Origin: Tubulanus polymorphus | Taxonomy: Eukaryota; Animalia; Nemertea | Direction of reading: 5' to 3' | Length of the DNA stretch: 64,000 bases | Assembly: GCF_964204645.1 (NCBI RefSeq) | Contig: NC_134025.1 | Coordinates: 6,448,001-6,512,000, forward strand | Shown: piece after piece, positions 1 to 19,156 of the stretch | Position numbering within the stretch: position 1 is the first letter of the stretch | Layout of the letters: each line of letters opens with the position of its first letter | Position numbers and translations under genes: made by a program | The notes under the pieces: generated by a model | Database searches by the model: none | The model's input: the letters and a program-made list of their open reading frames with translations, nothing else | Told to the model about the DNA's origin: nothing

Positions 1-3000
1 ATTAACTCCAGCTGCAGCTTCTACAAGTTGTAATATCGCCCCCACTGGTACAGCTTCTTCTATGCCAGTTGTTCTATCTCTTAATCTCATCACAGATACA
101 GGTAGGTAATTATAGATCTAGTTTTTAGTTTTGACTCTGCTGCTTTGAATTCAATACATTTTGAAATATCATATTTTTCAGGTAATAATCAGGTTCAGAC
201 GGCTGCTCCTATTACGCTACAATCATCTCATTTTAATCAGTTGAATGACGCTCAAAACATTACAGGTAGACACCTCAGGCCAATATTACCCTCTTATAAT
301 AATATGTAACTGCGTACTTATGATTTTGCTTTTATCAGCCTAATATTTGAATGCCTTAACCATTTCAATCAACAGGTCTCATAGGGGGAACTGGTAATTC
401 GAATATGCAGCCACTTCAGTCTTTACACACATGTAGATTAGCTGGACTTACGGCTGATAATCCACAGTCACTTGTTCAGGTATTCATCAGTCAATTAATC
501 AATTGACCAATTACTTAGAATTGTGTGTAAATATAGTCCCAGCAGTTAGCTGAAAATGATTCTAATACTTTTTTCAGATTGGAGGAGTTGCATCTCAAGC
601 ACCAAGTTCACACCAGCTTAATCATCAGCTATGTTCGATACTAGCTCCATTTGTTAGTGCTATGAATTCAGCCGCCGGCGCTGCAGCTCAAACTGCTCCA
701 AATACAGCTTTAGCTAATTTGTTACAATTAGCATCGACTCCATCTACGAATTTGATTCATTTAGCGAACTCAGTATCGAATCTAGCTCAACCGGTGTCTT
801 CATCAAACCAGATTCATTTAGCGAGTACCGTATCCAGTCTTGCCAACATTCTACAACAGACAAATCATGCTAACCCATCAACTATGCCACAAATAACCAA
901 TACTTTTAGTTTGGGGCCATCGCTGACAAACCCTTTATTGGATATACTGACTGTAGGTCCTGGTAATGTGTTGCAGTTGAATACCCCTTTGCCGACATCC
1001 GTCATGCAAAAAATGAATTCAAAATCGAGTGAAACACAAACTTTCAAATCAGCATTAACGGAAAATATCGAATCGTCATCAGAGGATAAAACAAGGCGGA
1101 ATCCGTCGCCGGAATTGGAGAATTTAGTTTCATCGACAGATGAAGTTTCATCAACGACAACGACAAATTTAGAATCTCAAACATGTCAGGAGGTGGCTGA
1201 AATCACAGCCCAAAACAACCACAGTGAAACAGCTGTAGTGCATGGGCAACTCGATCCTGAATGTTCTGCTGCATTATCATCAGGTATCCTCAATTGTCGG
1301 TTCTTCGATGATTTATTTTTGAAGTTCAAATACTTTAGCTGTGTTTTCTAATCATGTTGGTATTTTGCACTAGTATTGGAATTGATATTAAAGTCCCCAA
1401 CAATGGAACTAGCAGATCGCGGTGGTACGCCATCATCATTGCAAAATGTACCAGAGGAATCGTCAAGCATCTCTCCCTGTGAACCAGAAACTACTATTCA
1501 AACTGATGATACATGTATTACCTGTACCACTAATGAGCTCAGTGAGTGGCTATGTAAGTTGTTGTTCATGGCATTCTGAAGTCTTCACAATAAAGAGACT
1601 GTCATCCATGGGATTATACAGCTGCAGTGGAATGAATTCTAGTAAGCGAAACCCACAGTTGGTAATATAAAAGTTTATATAATAAACTTTCAAGAATCAA
1701 CGTATATATCAACAAGTGGGTTCTGCTTACCAACTTTGAAAAACTGAGAATATATCAGTCTACCAGTTTTGCTGTTTACTTAATAGATATCATTTGTTTC
1801 CTTTTAAGATTGTGTTGACTGTAATGACTACATATCAAATGGTTGTGAAACTCACCCCAATGGATATGAGATCATTGATGACAAGCCGATATTAAGCAGA
1901 GCTAGAATGAGTATACCTTTACAGCTTTACCTCAAAGAAACCACTAAACATACAGGTACAGAGAAAAGCTGAATTCAGTTTTTGAGTTCAAATTGTTCCT
2001 TAAGAATCTAAGAATTGTGAATCTGATGAGTTGATTTTATCTACAAATGGTAGGTGTTTGGGCACAAACAGATATAGGCGCCCGTACAAGATTTGGACCT
2101 TTGATAGGAGAGCTTATTGACAAACTGGACACCGGTAAACATTATAGATCAAATTCCAAAATATGGCAAGTAAGTTGACAAGATGGCCAGTTAATCTCGT
2201 AAATATGAAGGCCCACAATAGTACATGTATTCTTAGATTGATGTTTGTTTATTCAGCTTTTTACAACTGATGGACAATGCGTTAAAATGGTTAATTGTAC
2301 AAATGAAGATAAGTCAAACTGGATGTCATTCGTTCGTGCAGCTGAAAAGCAAACTCAACAAAATATCGTGGTTTATCAAGAAAATGATAAGATATACTTT
2401 GTGACGTGTAAAAATATACTAGCCGACACTGAACTTCGCCTGTGGTACTCAAAGAATTATGCATTATGTCTTGGTAAGCATATTACAATGATGTGATTTT
2501 CTAATCATACATAGTGTTTGTGAGTCATATGTGCGTGTCTGTTTTTAGGCCTTCCCGTAAGTCCTGATGATATGAAATCATGTCGACAATGCAGTAAAAT
2601 ATGCATAGGCTCTGAAGAATTGAGAGACCACATGGTATCGGTGCATGGCAGAGCGATGTCGAAATGGCAATGCATGGTGTGCAATAGGTTGTTCAGTTCA
2701 TCAACCAAATTACAGAATCATGTCAACACACACATGAATATGAAACCCTACGAATGTTCTATGTGCGATAAAGCTTTCAATGATCCCAGCAATCTACGTA
2801 TGCATCTTAAAATACACACAGGTTTGTATTCTGCAGCCATTCATAGCAATGAAATACCTTAAAGTTATAATCGTATATTTCAACTTGGCAACTATATGAA
2901 TTCTCTTTCAGGTGATAAACGTTTCAAATGCAATGTCTGTGATAAACGATTCACGCAAAAAGCCCACCTGGATATGCACCAAGTCGTTCATACAAAAGAG

Positions 3001-3300
3001 AAATCATTGAGTTGTGAATACTGCGGTAAAATGTTCGCACGGAAATCCGATCTGAGAGTCCACGAGTACCAGCACACGAAAGAGAGAATTTACGTCTGCG
3101 ACAATTGTCCTAAAATATTCTACAAACTACAGAATTACAAACGACACATGAACATACATTTAGGCGTGAAAGACTTTGTTTGCGCACGATGCAGTAAAAA
3201 GTTTAGCACTAAATTCCACTTGACCAGACACGAGAAATCGTGTAAAATGTCACTCTCTGAGGTGATTGTATCATCTCTACAGAATCCGACTCCGACCTGA
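1..3300 (+). CDS. PRDM4: PR/SET-domain zinc-finger protein, PRDM4-like (multi-exon, 5' end outside window)
   Basis: Spliced exons give an S/T/Q-rich low-complexity region and a zinc knuckle (CVDCNDYISNGCETH, ~1810). The PR domain follows (GVWAQTDIGARTRFGP ~2054; SNWMSFVRAA...QNIVVYQ...IYFVT...ELRLWY 2257-2473), then C2H2 fingers with DPSNLRMHLKIHTG, FTQKAHL and TKFHLTRHEKSC, as recalled for PRDM4. Stop TGA at 3298-3300. Confidence 0.85.
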
Positions 3301-4655
3301 CACCTGATTGTAGTGTATCTTATAGACAATGTACATTATGTTGGGTTAATACATGTAGTTGGCTGGACTGCCGGTATGTAATTCATCACAGTTGGTTATC
3401 TACTCTTTAAAAATGTATTATACCAAATACCCTCTAATTAGAATCTAGCACAAAGTTTTTGCTTTATCTTGTTGAAAATCATGACTAAGAAATAAATGAA
3501 AAATGAATATTTTACAAATTGAAGTTTTATTAGAACTGTATTGTGACTTTACTTAACGATTGTAGGATAAACGGGTGTGGAACTGATTTCCTGTAGCTAA
3601 GAGGAAAACATTTTCAAGACTGGAGACTAATATTATTTTGGGTATAAAGGTGTTAGGGTGCTGCTTAACTAACCAGGGTACACTAACAGAATCCACCTCT
3701 GGCAATCAACGTCCTACCTCGCTACACCGTGCAGTGCTGCCGCTATGCTCATCGTTGGCGGATTTTTCATACACTTGCATGAACCGACTGTGGCAAGCGC
3801 TCTCTATGGTTGCCAGAGTCGATTTATGTTAGTGTTCGAAAAATCCGCTAACGATGAGCATAGCGGCAGCACCTTATGGAACACTAGACAGCATCTACGC
3901 GCCCATGACTGGAATAATTTAATGTAATACCATATAATTGTTTTTGCTCTACGATTAAACCCAACCTGCATGTGTTAAGAATGTGTGACAATGAAATCCA
4001 AACTTCGCCATAAAAATAACTTATGCAAGACATATAGAACTTCGCCATAAAAAATAACTTATGCAAGACATTTTGTGCAGTTAATATTTGTATTTATTGT
4101 GCAGTTGATATTTGTATTTATTGATATTTTAATAATATACTTGTGCAGTTGATATTTGTATTAATTGATATTTTAATAATATACTTAAGAATTAGTCTAG
4201 TACCTAGCCGTTGTTCCTCAAGCGGTTGTAGGGAACCGTAACAACGCCTGGTATTCAGACTAACTTAACTTGTGTACTGGTACTCATCACCTAAAAATAA
4301 TAGCCATATTGGAACATACTATAGAACTTAATGCCTTATGGCATACCACAACTAATATATGATTCTTTATAAGTATTCTCTAAAAAAGAACAGACAGTCC
4401 ATTTAAATGAACTGTTTATTTAATGATTTTGAGAAATTAATGTCCAAAGTTGCCCGTGAAAGCATTTCATTACTCTCATTGTAAATAAATATTGTCCGCG
4501 ATCATGTGATGCATCTACAGATTTTTTGGTAATTAAAAAATGCAGGATTAATTACAAACATTATTTTGTATGATAGACTACAACACACATATAAAATAGC
4601 ACCATAATAACATATACAATATGCGATAGGAAAAGTATTACTGGTAGCAAGGAAG
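3193..4655. repeat. Tandem segmental duplication, copy 1 (~1.46 kb)
   Basis: Aligns by eye end to end with 4654-5974, from agtaaaaagttt... to ...ctggtagcaaggaag. Copy 1 also has small internal tandem expansions at ~4001-4180. Confidence 0.95.
3734..3872. repeat. Long imperfect hairpin (~62-65 bp arms), copy 1
   Basis: gtgctgccgctatgctcatcgttggcggatttttc... pairs with ...gaaaaatccgctaacgatgagcatagcggcagcac around a short loop. Confidence 0.9.
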
Positions 4656-5974
4656 TAAAAAAGTTTAACACTAAATTCCAATTGACCAGACACAAGAAAT
4701 CGTGTAAAATGTCACTCTCTGGAGCGATTTTATCATCTCTACAGAATCCGACTCTGACCTGATTGTAATATATCTTATAGACAACGTACATTATGTTGGG
4801 TTACATGTAGTTGGCTGGACTACCGGTATGTAATTCATCACAGTTGGTTATCTACTCTTTAAGAATGTATTATGCCAAATGCCTTCTAATTAGAATCTAG
4901 CACAAAGTTTTTTGCTTTATGTTTTTGTGAAGTTTTGTTAGAACTGTATTGTGACTTTACTTAATGCTTGCAGGATAAACGGGTGTGGAACTGATTTCCT
5001 GTAGCTAAGAGGAAAAAATTTTCAAGACTGGAGACTAATATTATTTTGGGTATAAAGGTGTTAGGGTGCTGCTTAACTAACCAGGGTACACTAACAGAAT
5101 CCACCTCTGGCAATGAACGTCCTACCTCGCTATACCGTGCAATGCTGCCGCTATGCTCATCGTTGGCGGATATTTCATACACTAGCATGAACCGACTGTG
5201 GCAAGCGCTCTCTCTGGTTGCCAGAGTCGATTTATGTTAGTGTTCGAAAAATCCGCTAACGAAGAGCATAGCGGCAGCACCTTATGGAACAGTAGACAGC
5301 ATCTATGCGCCCATGACTGGGATAATTTAATGTAATACCATATAATTGTTTTTGCTCTATGATTAAACCCAACCTGCATGTATTAAAATTTTTAAAAGAT
5401 GTGTGACAATGAAATCCAAACTTCGCCATAAAAAATAACTAATGCAAGACATTTTGTGCAGTTAATATTTGTATTTATTGATATTTTAATAATATACTTA
5501 AGGATTAGTCTAGTACCTAGCCGTTGTTCCTCATGAGGTTGTAGGGAACCGTAACGACTGGTATTCAGACTAACTTAAGGATGTACTGGTACACATCACC
5601 TAAAAATAATAGCCATATTGGAACATACTATAGAACTTAATGCCTTATGGCATACCACAACTAATATATGATTCTTTATAAGTATTCTCAAAAAAAGTAC
5701 AGACGGTCCATTTAAATGAACTGTTTATTCAATGATTTTGAGAAATTAATGTCCAAAGCTGCCCGTGAAAGCATTTCACTACTTTCATTAAAATAAATTT
5801 TAAATAAAATTGTCCGCTATCATGTGATGCATCTACAGATTTTTTGGTAATTAAAAAATGCAGGATTAATAACAAACATTATTTAGTATGATAGACTACA
5901 ACACACATATAAAATAGCACCATAATAACATATACAATATACGCATATGAAAAGTATTACTGGTAGCAAGGAAG
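4654..5974. repeat. Tandem segmental duplication, copy 2 (~1.32 kb), starting with a frameshifted copy of the PRDM4 C-terminal codons
   Basis: 4654-4761 copies 3193-3300 with substitutions and indels. The junction has a 2-nt AG microhomology. Confidence 0.95.
5143..5279. repeat. Long imperfect hairpin, copy 2
   Basis: Paralogue of 3734-3872 with a few substitutions. Confidence 0.9.
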
Positions 5975-6192
5975 AGAGAAAAATACAGTGGCCAAATAGA
6001 GCACCACTCATTCAGCAGTTATACACTCATCTCATCGTTTGGTATTTCCAAGGCACATAAACCCAGCTCGCAGAGGCCTTCATGTGAAATACGACTTAGC
6101 ACGCCTAGCATTTTCATATTCTTATCTACTGGTTAACAAGAGAGCATCTTTAAATCTCCATTTGCCGCTTAAGTTGAAAATCTCTTCCATTC

Positions 6193-9100
6193 CTAATCCA
6201 TATTCTTGTAACGAGCGAACAGATTGTATAAAACACGAAGAGTTGACTTCAAATCCAAATTAACGATATCTGAAATAACACGTACCGTATTCATTCCCGA
6301 TTATTCATATCAGTTTGTTAAATCTAATCATTAGGACCCGAGTAATCAATTGAATACATTACCTTCTGGTCTAGCTTTCGGTCGATGAAGTCCCGAATCT
6401 TCGATAAGCTCGAAAGCAAATGCAACGTTGTGAACTTTCTGTTCAAAGGTCGTTGGTGTCAAATGAAAACTGTACAGAGGCACGAAGTACCCTTCTAATA
6501 AACCCATAAGAAGCACCAAATACACACCATCATGAAACTGAAATAGATAAAGAATAATGCTTTAATTCCATTAGCAAGAATTAGCAAATTTACAAATACA
6601 AATTATTAATCATGTGTTCCTTACTTGGTTCTCAAGATCTACTACTTCCAGATTGATTTTATTCAGCTGCTTGTTGACGAACGTTAACAATGACTGCAAG
6701 GAAATGCGGGGATTGTACGATTTCAGGAATCTGAATTTCTAACAATTGCTTCAAGCTTGTTTTCTTACCTTCTTTACAACATTAAGCTTGTCAGGTGCAT
6801 GATCAAACAAAGTATCAAATGCATCTCTCTCTGAAAACAAATTCATAGTTTTGAAAATCTATTGAATCCTCAACGATCACTCACAATCACTAAAATAAAC
6901 ACTCAACTTACCAAATCTTGCAGAAGTGTCTCTGAAAAATTTATAATATGAAGCTCAGGCAGGTAATCAAGAATTAAACCTTATAGTGCAAAAAATAAAT
7001 ACCCAAACATTTGAACCCAATGAGAAAATATTCATTGGTTAAAATTCTTTTCAAGTTAGCTATAAAAAATTATATTCAACTTACTCATGATAAGAAGTTA
7101 TTTCTTCAGTTACCAATTTACTCTCCAAAATTCCACCTTCCTTTTTCTACAAGAAATAAACATCAATTACCGCGTAAAGCATCTATTAAGGAGTCGATGA
7201 CAAATGAAATCAGTGAAATGACCACTCACCGTGACGACGACGAGTTGAACACGCACATTCTCCGGCAGACGAATCGGAGCCCGAAAATGACGAACCAACG
7301 CGACGAGTAAATGCAATATAGAAACGAGATTCTTCGAATGGATACCTGAAATGAAACACTCGAAAGTCAGTGTTGGGATATACTTCGCAGGCACATCGTG
7401 AATACTATTGTCTCAGTCTTACTGTCGACAGTCCAACGTTTTTGACTCCAGTTCGGGGGAACATTCAATATTCTATTCACCATATCAAGTACTACCCGTA
7501 ACTTTTGTTTTTGACCAATTTCTGTCTGAGTGACTTCAGGTACCTCTGCTTTTATTCTGGCCAATTTTTCTGAAGAGACAAATGAGATAACGAACTACAG
7601 ATCGAGATAATTCAAAATCGATGTTTCATGCAAACGAATCTGATACCAGTATCCATTTACCAATTAGTTTTTGCAGGATTTGTCCATCGAACAAATCTTC
7701 CTCCAAATCTTTGACAATAATTCGATGATCAGCTAACTCATCATTAATCCAATCTAACAACAGCTACAAAATAAATATCATGAATAGGATAAATGCGCGA
7801 AATTACAACTAAGCTTACTTCAATTTGAATCTGATTAATGCGTACCTCTTGTAATTCTTTCAACTTCGGATCTTCTCTAGATGTCGGTTCAATCATAGAT
7901 CTCTCCTCATTTTCCTCTAAAAAATAACAGCATTTACAATTACATTCAGGTTAGAGCCACTCTATTCATCAGAACAACATCTTGCAGGTAAAATACTGTT
8001 CTTATGCAAATGGAACTGTTTCATGAACCGGTTGAATTGTCTTGATTTATCTGGATTAAATGCAGATTCCTACCTGAAACAGCCACCACATATATCAACA
8101 GATAAAAACATTAGATGGTTGTATAAACACATGTATGAGAATTGATTAACTTAGTTATCTAATACACATAGATAATTACTAAACCAATTGCTTTATAGTA
8201 ATATACTAAGTTGTAACAGCAAAGCATTGCAAAATCTTCTTTATTAGCGAAAAAGAAAGAAACTTAGTAAGTAACATATTAGTACCTTTTAGATATGACA
8301 ACCCGTATCTATAGGCCTACCTGCATATCTCAACAATTAGCCAGTAAATAAAGAACCCTACAATTATGAAAAGAATGACCACACCTTGGCACATAGGCCT
8401 AATAATTTGTCTCAAACTTACACCTTTTCCGATGTTTCCTTGGTTTAATGAATGAAAACCGATCCCTGGGTTAGGATTAGATAAATAACTCACATAAGCC
8501 GGTTAGTATAGCAAGAATAACTGTGTCCAGGTTATCAGACATATCAAAATAACGTGTATAAATGAAGAATGCGTAGCTAAAACAAAGTTCCACAGTACCA
8601 GTAAATGACAAAGATTCTTGATGATCAATTTCTAAAATGTTAACAACATTCAACTTTAACCACTGTTTGAAAGATACCTTCCACTGTTTTAAAGATACCT
8701 TAAACATGTGATTTTTACTGAGATATTCGAATAAATTCCTGCTTAGATTTGGCTATTACTGTGGGACTTCATTTTTCTACACACAGTGTTAAATAGAATA
8801 CTGGTATATGAGTTAGATCTATATGTATATATGTATATTAGGTAGAGTCAAGCGATATAAAGTCCTAATATTACAAATACAAACCAAGAAGATAGCCTTC
8901 AGGGCCAAGATCTGGCACTGAAGGGCTGGTCGGTGATTCGATAGCATGTTTGCCTTCTTCTTGTAAATCCTGAGCTATAATAATCAAACTACAGTAATAA
9001 TCTCTTGGACAATTAAATCAAGTCAAGCGCAGAGATCAGGTTCAAATTCAAGTAATTTATTAACAAACAGCCGAAAAACTTTCCCATATCATCTTTTTTG

Positions 9101-9469
9101 TCCTAAAAAATGTTCACCATGCAATATAGAATAAAAGGGATTATTTATCATAGACTGATATCTTGCAGTTGACAATCGAAGTCCAATTATTGTCTTCTTT
9201 TGAATAATCAAAATAAAATGTTTGACAGCTGTCAAAATGACGATAGTGGCGCCACCAATCGGGAACGTAAAGTCATATTTTATCTTGCGAGTATGGTCGT
9301 ATTGCTTGTTTTCTAAGTAAGATTTTAAAACAATCTTTAGATTTATTTTACCTTCTTTTGCTTTAGACTTTTTACGAGCGATCGTTCCGCCTAGTTTATC
9401 AAGAAAAGACTCTTCTTTTGAAACTTTCTTCGTTTTCTGAGGAGTCGACGATGTCGGAGTCGTCGCCAT
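6193..9469 (-). CDS. PARV: Parvin (alpha/beta-type, two calponin-homology domains), multi-exon
   Basis: Exons translate to MATTPTSS...ESFLDKLGGTIARKK, QDLQEEGKHAI, PEVTQTEIGQKQKL, SIHSKNLVSILHLLVAL, RDAFDTLFDHAPDKL, and the last exon DIVNLDLKSTLRVLYNLF...NMD* (TAG at 6193-6195). Confidence 0.95.
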
Positions 9470-9685
9470 ATTGGATTTGTTAAGTATAAGTAAAACGAGT
9501 CAAATTGGTTACGGAATAGGTAACGGACATGTCGGAGTTGTTTGGCCACTTTCTCATTTATCAGCGCACAGCGACTCAAATCTATAAAAACCATTTCAAT
9601 CATTAAAATTTCCATAAATTGTCTTTTCCGAATACACACACAAGTAATATTTTCTAAATAAAACATTCATTTATTACCAATCAAC

Positions 9686-10559
9686 TTAACCTTGAATATA
9701 TAATAACTGTTCATCATTTTTAGTTTCGTTATTAGTACTATCATTTAAACTATCATCAGTATTGTTATTAGAAGTCAGACGCGAACGGTCATAAAATTTC
9801 CAAGAACGTTTGATTCCATCAATCTCAATGACTAATTCGTCCACTTCCCAACTGCAAAAAAAGAGACATAAGACTTTGAAAAATAACCTAAATTGATTTG
9901 AATGTATTAATAAGACCCGGCCAATTTCAAGTAGTTTTGCTCAGAAAAATCTAGCTGAATCAAGTATCAATAATTACTTTTCTTCTATTGAATTCCGGCT
10001 ACATTTGCTGTACAGTGTACCATTATCTTTCTGTCCTTTCACTGGGATGGTCAACTGAAATAGAAAAGGAAAATTCTTTATATGAAGAAATGTGATGGAA
10101 GTTGTCCAATCAAGGACTAAATTGATCTTTGAAAATTTCGCATTGGGGTAATGTTCAATTATTGATTCAAAGAAATCAGAAAAAATGAGCTAAATCATTA
10201 ATACCTTGGCTTCACAAGTGCTTATTTGATTGAGTCCTTTGGTTCTTAAATCAAGTCGTCCACAACCCACTGGACCCCCCAGATAATTGGTTGCCGGTTG
10301 ATAATTCTGTAACAAAGTCACCGATTTCTTGTAATGGTCTTCATGTCTCAATCTATCTGTAAAGAAAATTAGATCATCTCAAACAAGCAATACTTTCCAC
10401 ATTAGCATAATAAATCATTATTCAACCACTGATAGGTATTCAAGATAACAAAATATAATTTTACTTGCATTGAATCCTTTCCATTACTGCAGCACCGGTT
10501 CCAACAGTGATTATACCCCCGAACAGCGCAATCTTCGTAAGCACCTTTAAACTAACCAT
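9686..10559 (-). CDS. COA1: Cytochrome c oxidase assembly factor 1-like protein (COA1/Tim21-type), 4 coding exons, absent from the ORF track
   Basis: Exons ~10559-10465/9, 10356/2-10205, 10055-9979 and 9851-9686 give MVSLKVLTKIALFGGIITVGTGAAVMERIQ / LRHEDHYKKSVTLLQNYQPATNYLGGPV / LTIPVKGQKDNGTLY / WEVDELVIEI. An N-terminal TM followed by Y...L...LG.P, IPV.G....G.LY and W....L is the COA1 pattern. AATAAA lies just after the stop. Confidence 0.75.
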
Positions 10560-10786
10560 TATTTACCATCAACTATGATCTTACATTACGTGCATGAAGT
10601 CATAATAAGCGAGATATCCCTAAACTCACTTCACTCTGCAACTTGAATAAAATATATATTGAATTTTTAATTTGAGGATGTTTTTTGTTACACTTACTGC
10701 AACACAATTTTGTCTTTTTACTTTTTGGTGTCAGATTTTGGTTTTCTCTCCGTGTCTCAGCTTAGATTCGGCGATATCATAGTGAC
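10560..10786. promoter_or_regulatory. Probable bidirectional promoter and 5' UTRs shared by COA1-like and POLR3B
   Basis: The divergent ATGs are only ~227 bp apart. A minus-strand donor (gca|gtaagt, ~10698) suggests a COA1 5'-UTR exon. Confidence 0.6.
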
Positions 10787-17613
<6,827 letters not shown>

Positions 17614-18433
17614 ATCGGTTTATGCTGAACGGAATATTCTACTGTGCTGTCGTTTCTTTTGAGGATGGAGTGAACGGCTTGATCAATGTTTGATATTTGT
17701 ATAATTTTGTTGATACGATACTAGAGAAAAATAGATAATAACGTTTTGTAAAATAGCGAATATTTATGTCATTAATGTTATTGATTTGTGTTTCAATTGA
17801 TTTTTTATTTGGATTTGAGAAGAATAATCGCGCGCGGTAAGTGTTGAGTATGACAAGCGTTCAATCCAACGCTGCTCAACAGCCGCAGTGTTCGGTCGTT
17901 TCTATTGGATTCTATTCGAAAGGAGACACTGACTATCGGCCACCACCCACCACACTCGGCCCAAACAATACAAGCGCATGTCATCACAAATACCGTGTTG
18001 GGAATTAATGGCATTTTGAGTGTAAGTTGACCTAATTTGAACTTAACGAAAGAATTAACAAAGTGAATGAAAACTTGTCGTGTTTCCAAATTCGTACATA
18101 CAGTGGAGCGACTTATACAGAGTAGCAATATGAAAACAAACGTATACATACTACGCAAAAGCATTTTGTCTTTGTATACGTAATATATCTTTAAAAAGTA
18201 TATACTAAACTCGCACTGAAATAATCAAACAGATATATAAGCAAGAAAACAGGTAAGGGACTTCACGTACTAGATGAAAAAAATGATAATCCAAATTCTC
18301 GGCGTTATCCGAATGGTTAGAATTAAGATGTCATTTACCTCAAATATACGCATATACATGCGGATAGGTGTTCAAGTCATATTTTCAGTAGTTTTCGAAT
18401 TTTTATTATTCGTTTTAGCCCGGCCTCGGTGAA

Positions 18434-19156
18434 ATGAATATCATTCAGTACGACGAACCCCCGCATACATACATACCAGCGAATGAGCGGAGGGTAAGGA
18501 TAGATGTACCCCCGACATCGATGGAACGATGGCGAAATGAACCATCACTGGAATTTGTCGACGCGAGATACGGCCAAGGAGCGCAGCATCCAACAACCCC
18601 AAACGGCGCCATTCTTCACCTCGGCGAGGTAAACCCAGCTTTCGACGCCGATAGCAGCGTCGGCTCCCAACAGCGACTCGAAATTATGGGCCAAAACCGA
18701 GGACCCCCTAACGGCAATACCCCAGTTTATTACCAGACGAAGAACGGTAAACCTAGTGTTCACCGCGAGCATGTAGTTAAAACTAATAGAGATGGAATCA
18801 GAGTAGTGGTTACCTCCGATAGACAGAATTGGGTACATGAACATTCTCTAAAAGAGAAGGACCTGAAATGTTATTTCATTTCTTCCATTATTGCCGTAAT
18901 TTTATTCTTTCCGAGCGGAATACCGGCAATCATGTACGCGATGAGGGCTAAACGAGAATTTTACGCGGGCATTGAACGAGGAGAAATCGAGACGGCCATC
19001 AGATACGCCAAACTATGTGAGAGACTGATTGTAATTTCCGTTGTTGGATTTGTTATATGGTTACTGATTGTGTTGGTTGTGGTTGAAATCGGAATACACC
19101 AACATCACCTCGGTAAAGGAGCTGGTTATCATACTATTGGGCGTGGTTTGCCCTGA
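18434..19156 (+). CDS. CD225/dispanin-family membrane protein (PRRT/IFITM-like), single coding exon
   Basis: Disordered N-terminus, then the CD225 pattern YFISSIIAVILFFPSGIPAIMYAMRAK...GEIETAIRYAK plus a second hydrophobic helix. A 5'-UTR intron is likely (donor ~18253, acceptor ttttag ~18418). Confidence 0.8.
   Translation: MNIIQYDEPPHTYIPANERRVRIDVPPTSMERWRNEPSLEFVDARYGQGAQHPTTPNGAILHLGEVNPAFDADSSVGSQQRLEIMGQNRGPPNGNTPVYYQTKNGKPSVHREHVVKTNRDGIRVVVTSDRQNWVHEHSLKEKDLKCYFISSIIAVILFFPSGIPAIMYAMRAKREFYAGIERGEIETAIRYAKLCERLIVISVVGFVIWLLIVLVVVEIGIHQHHLGKGAGYHTIGRGLP

Noticed and set aside
4001-4180. Short repeats that could suggest a CRISPR-like array
   Set aside because: Head-to-tail slippage duplications without unique spacers, in animal DNA with no cas genes.
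3638-5379. Duplicated short ORFs (MGIKVLGCC... and the overlapping ones)
   Set aside because: Mostly non-ATG starts, overlapping the hairpin on both strands, and explained by the tandem duplication.
17805-18164. 119-aa minus-strand ORF
   Set aside because: No recognisable motif, and it overlaps the probable promoter or 5' region of the dispanin gene.
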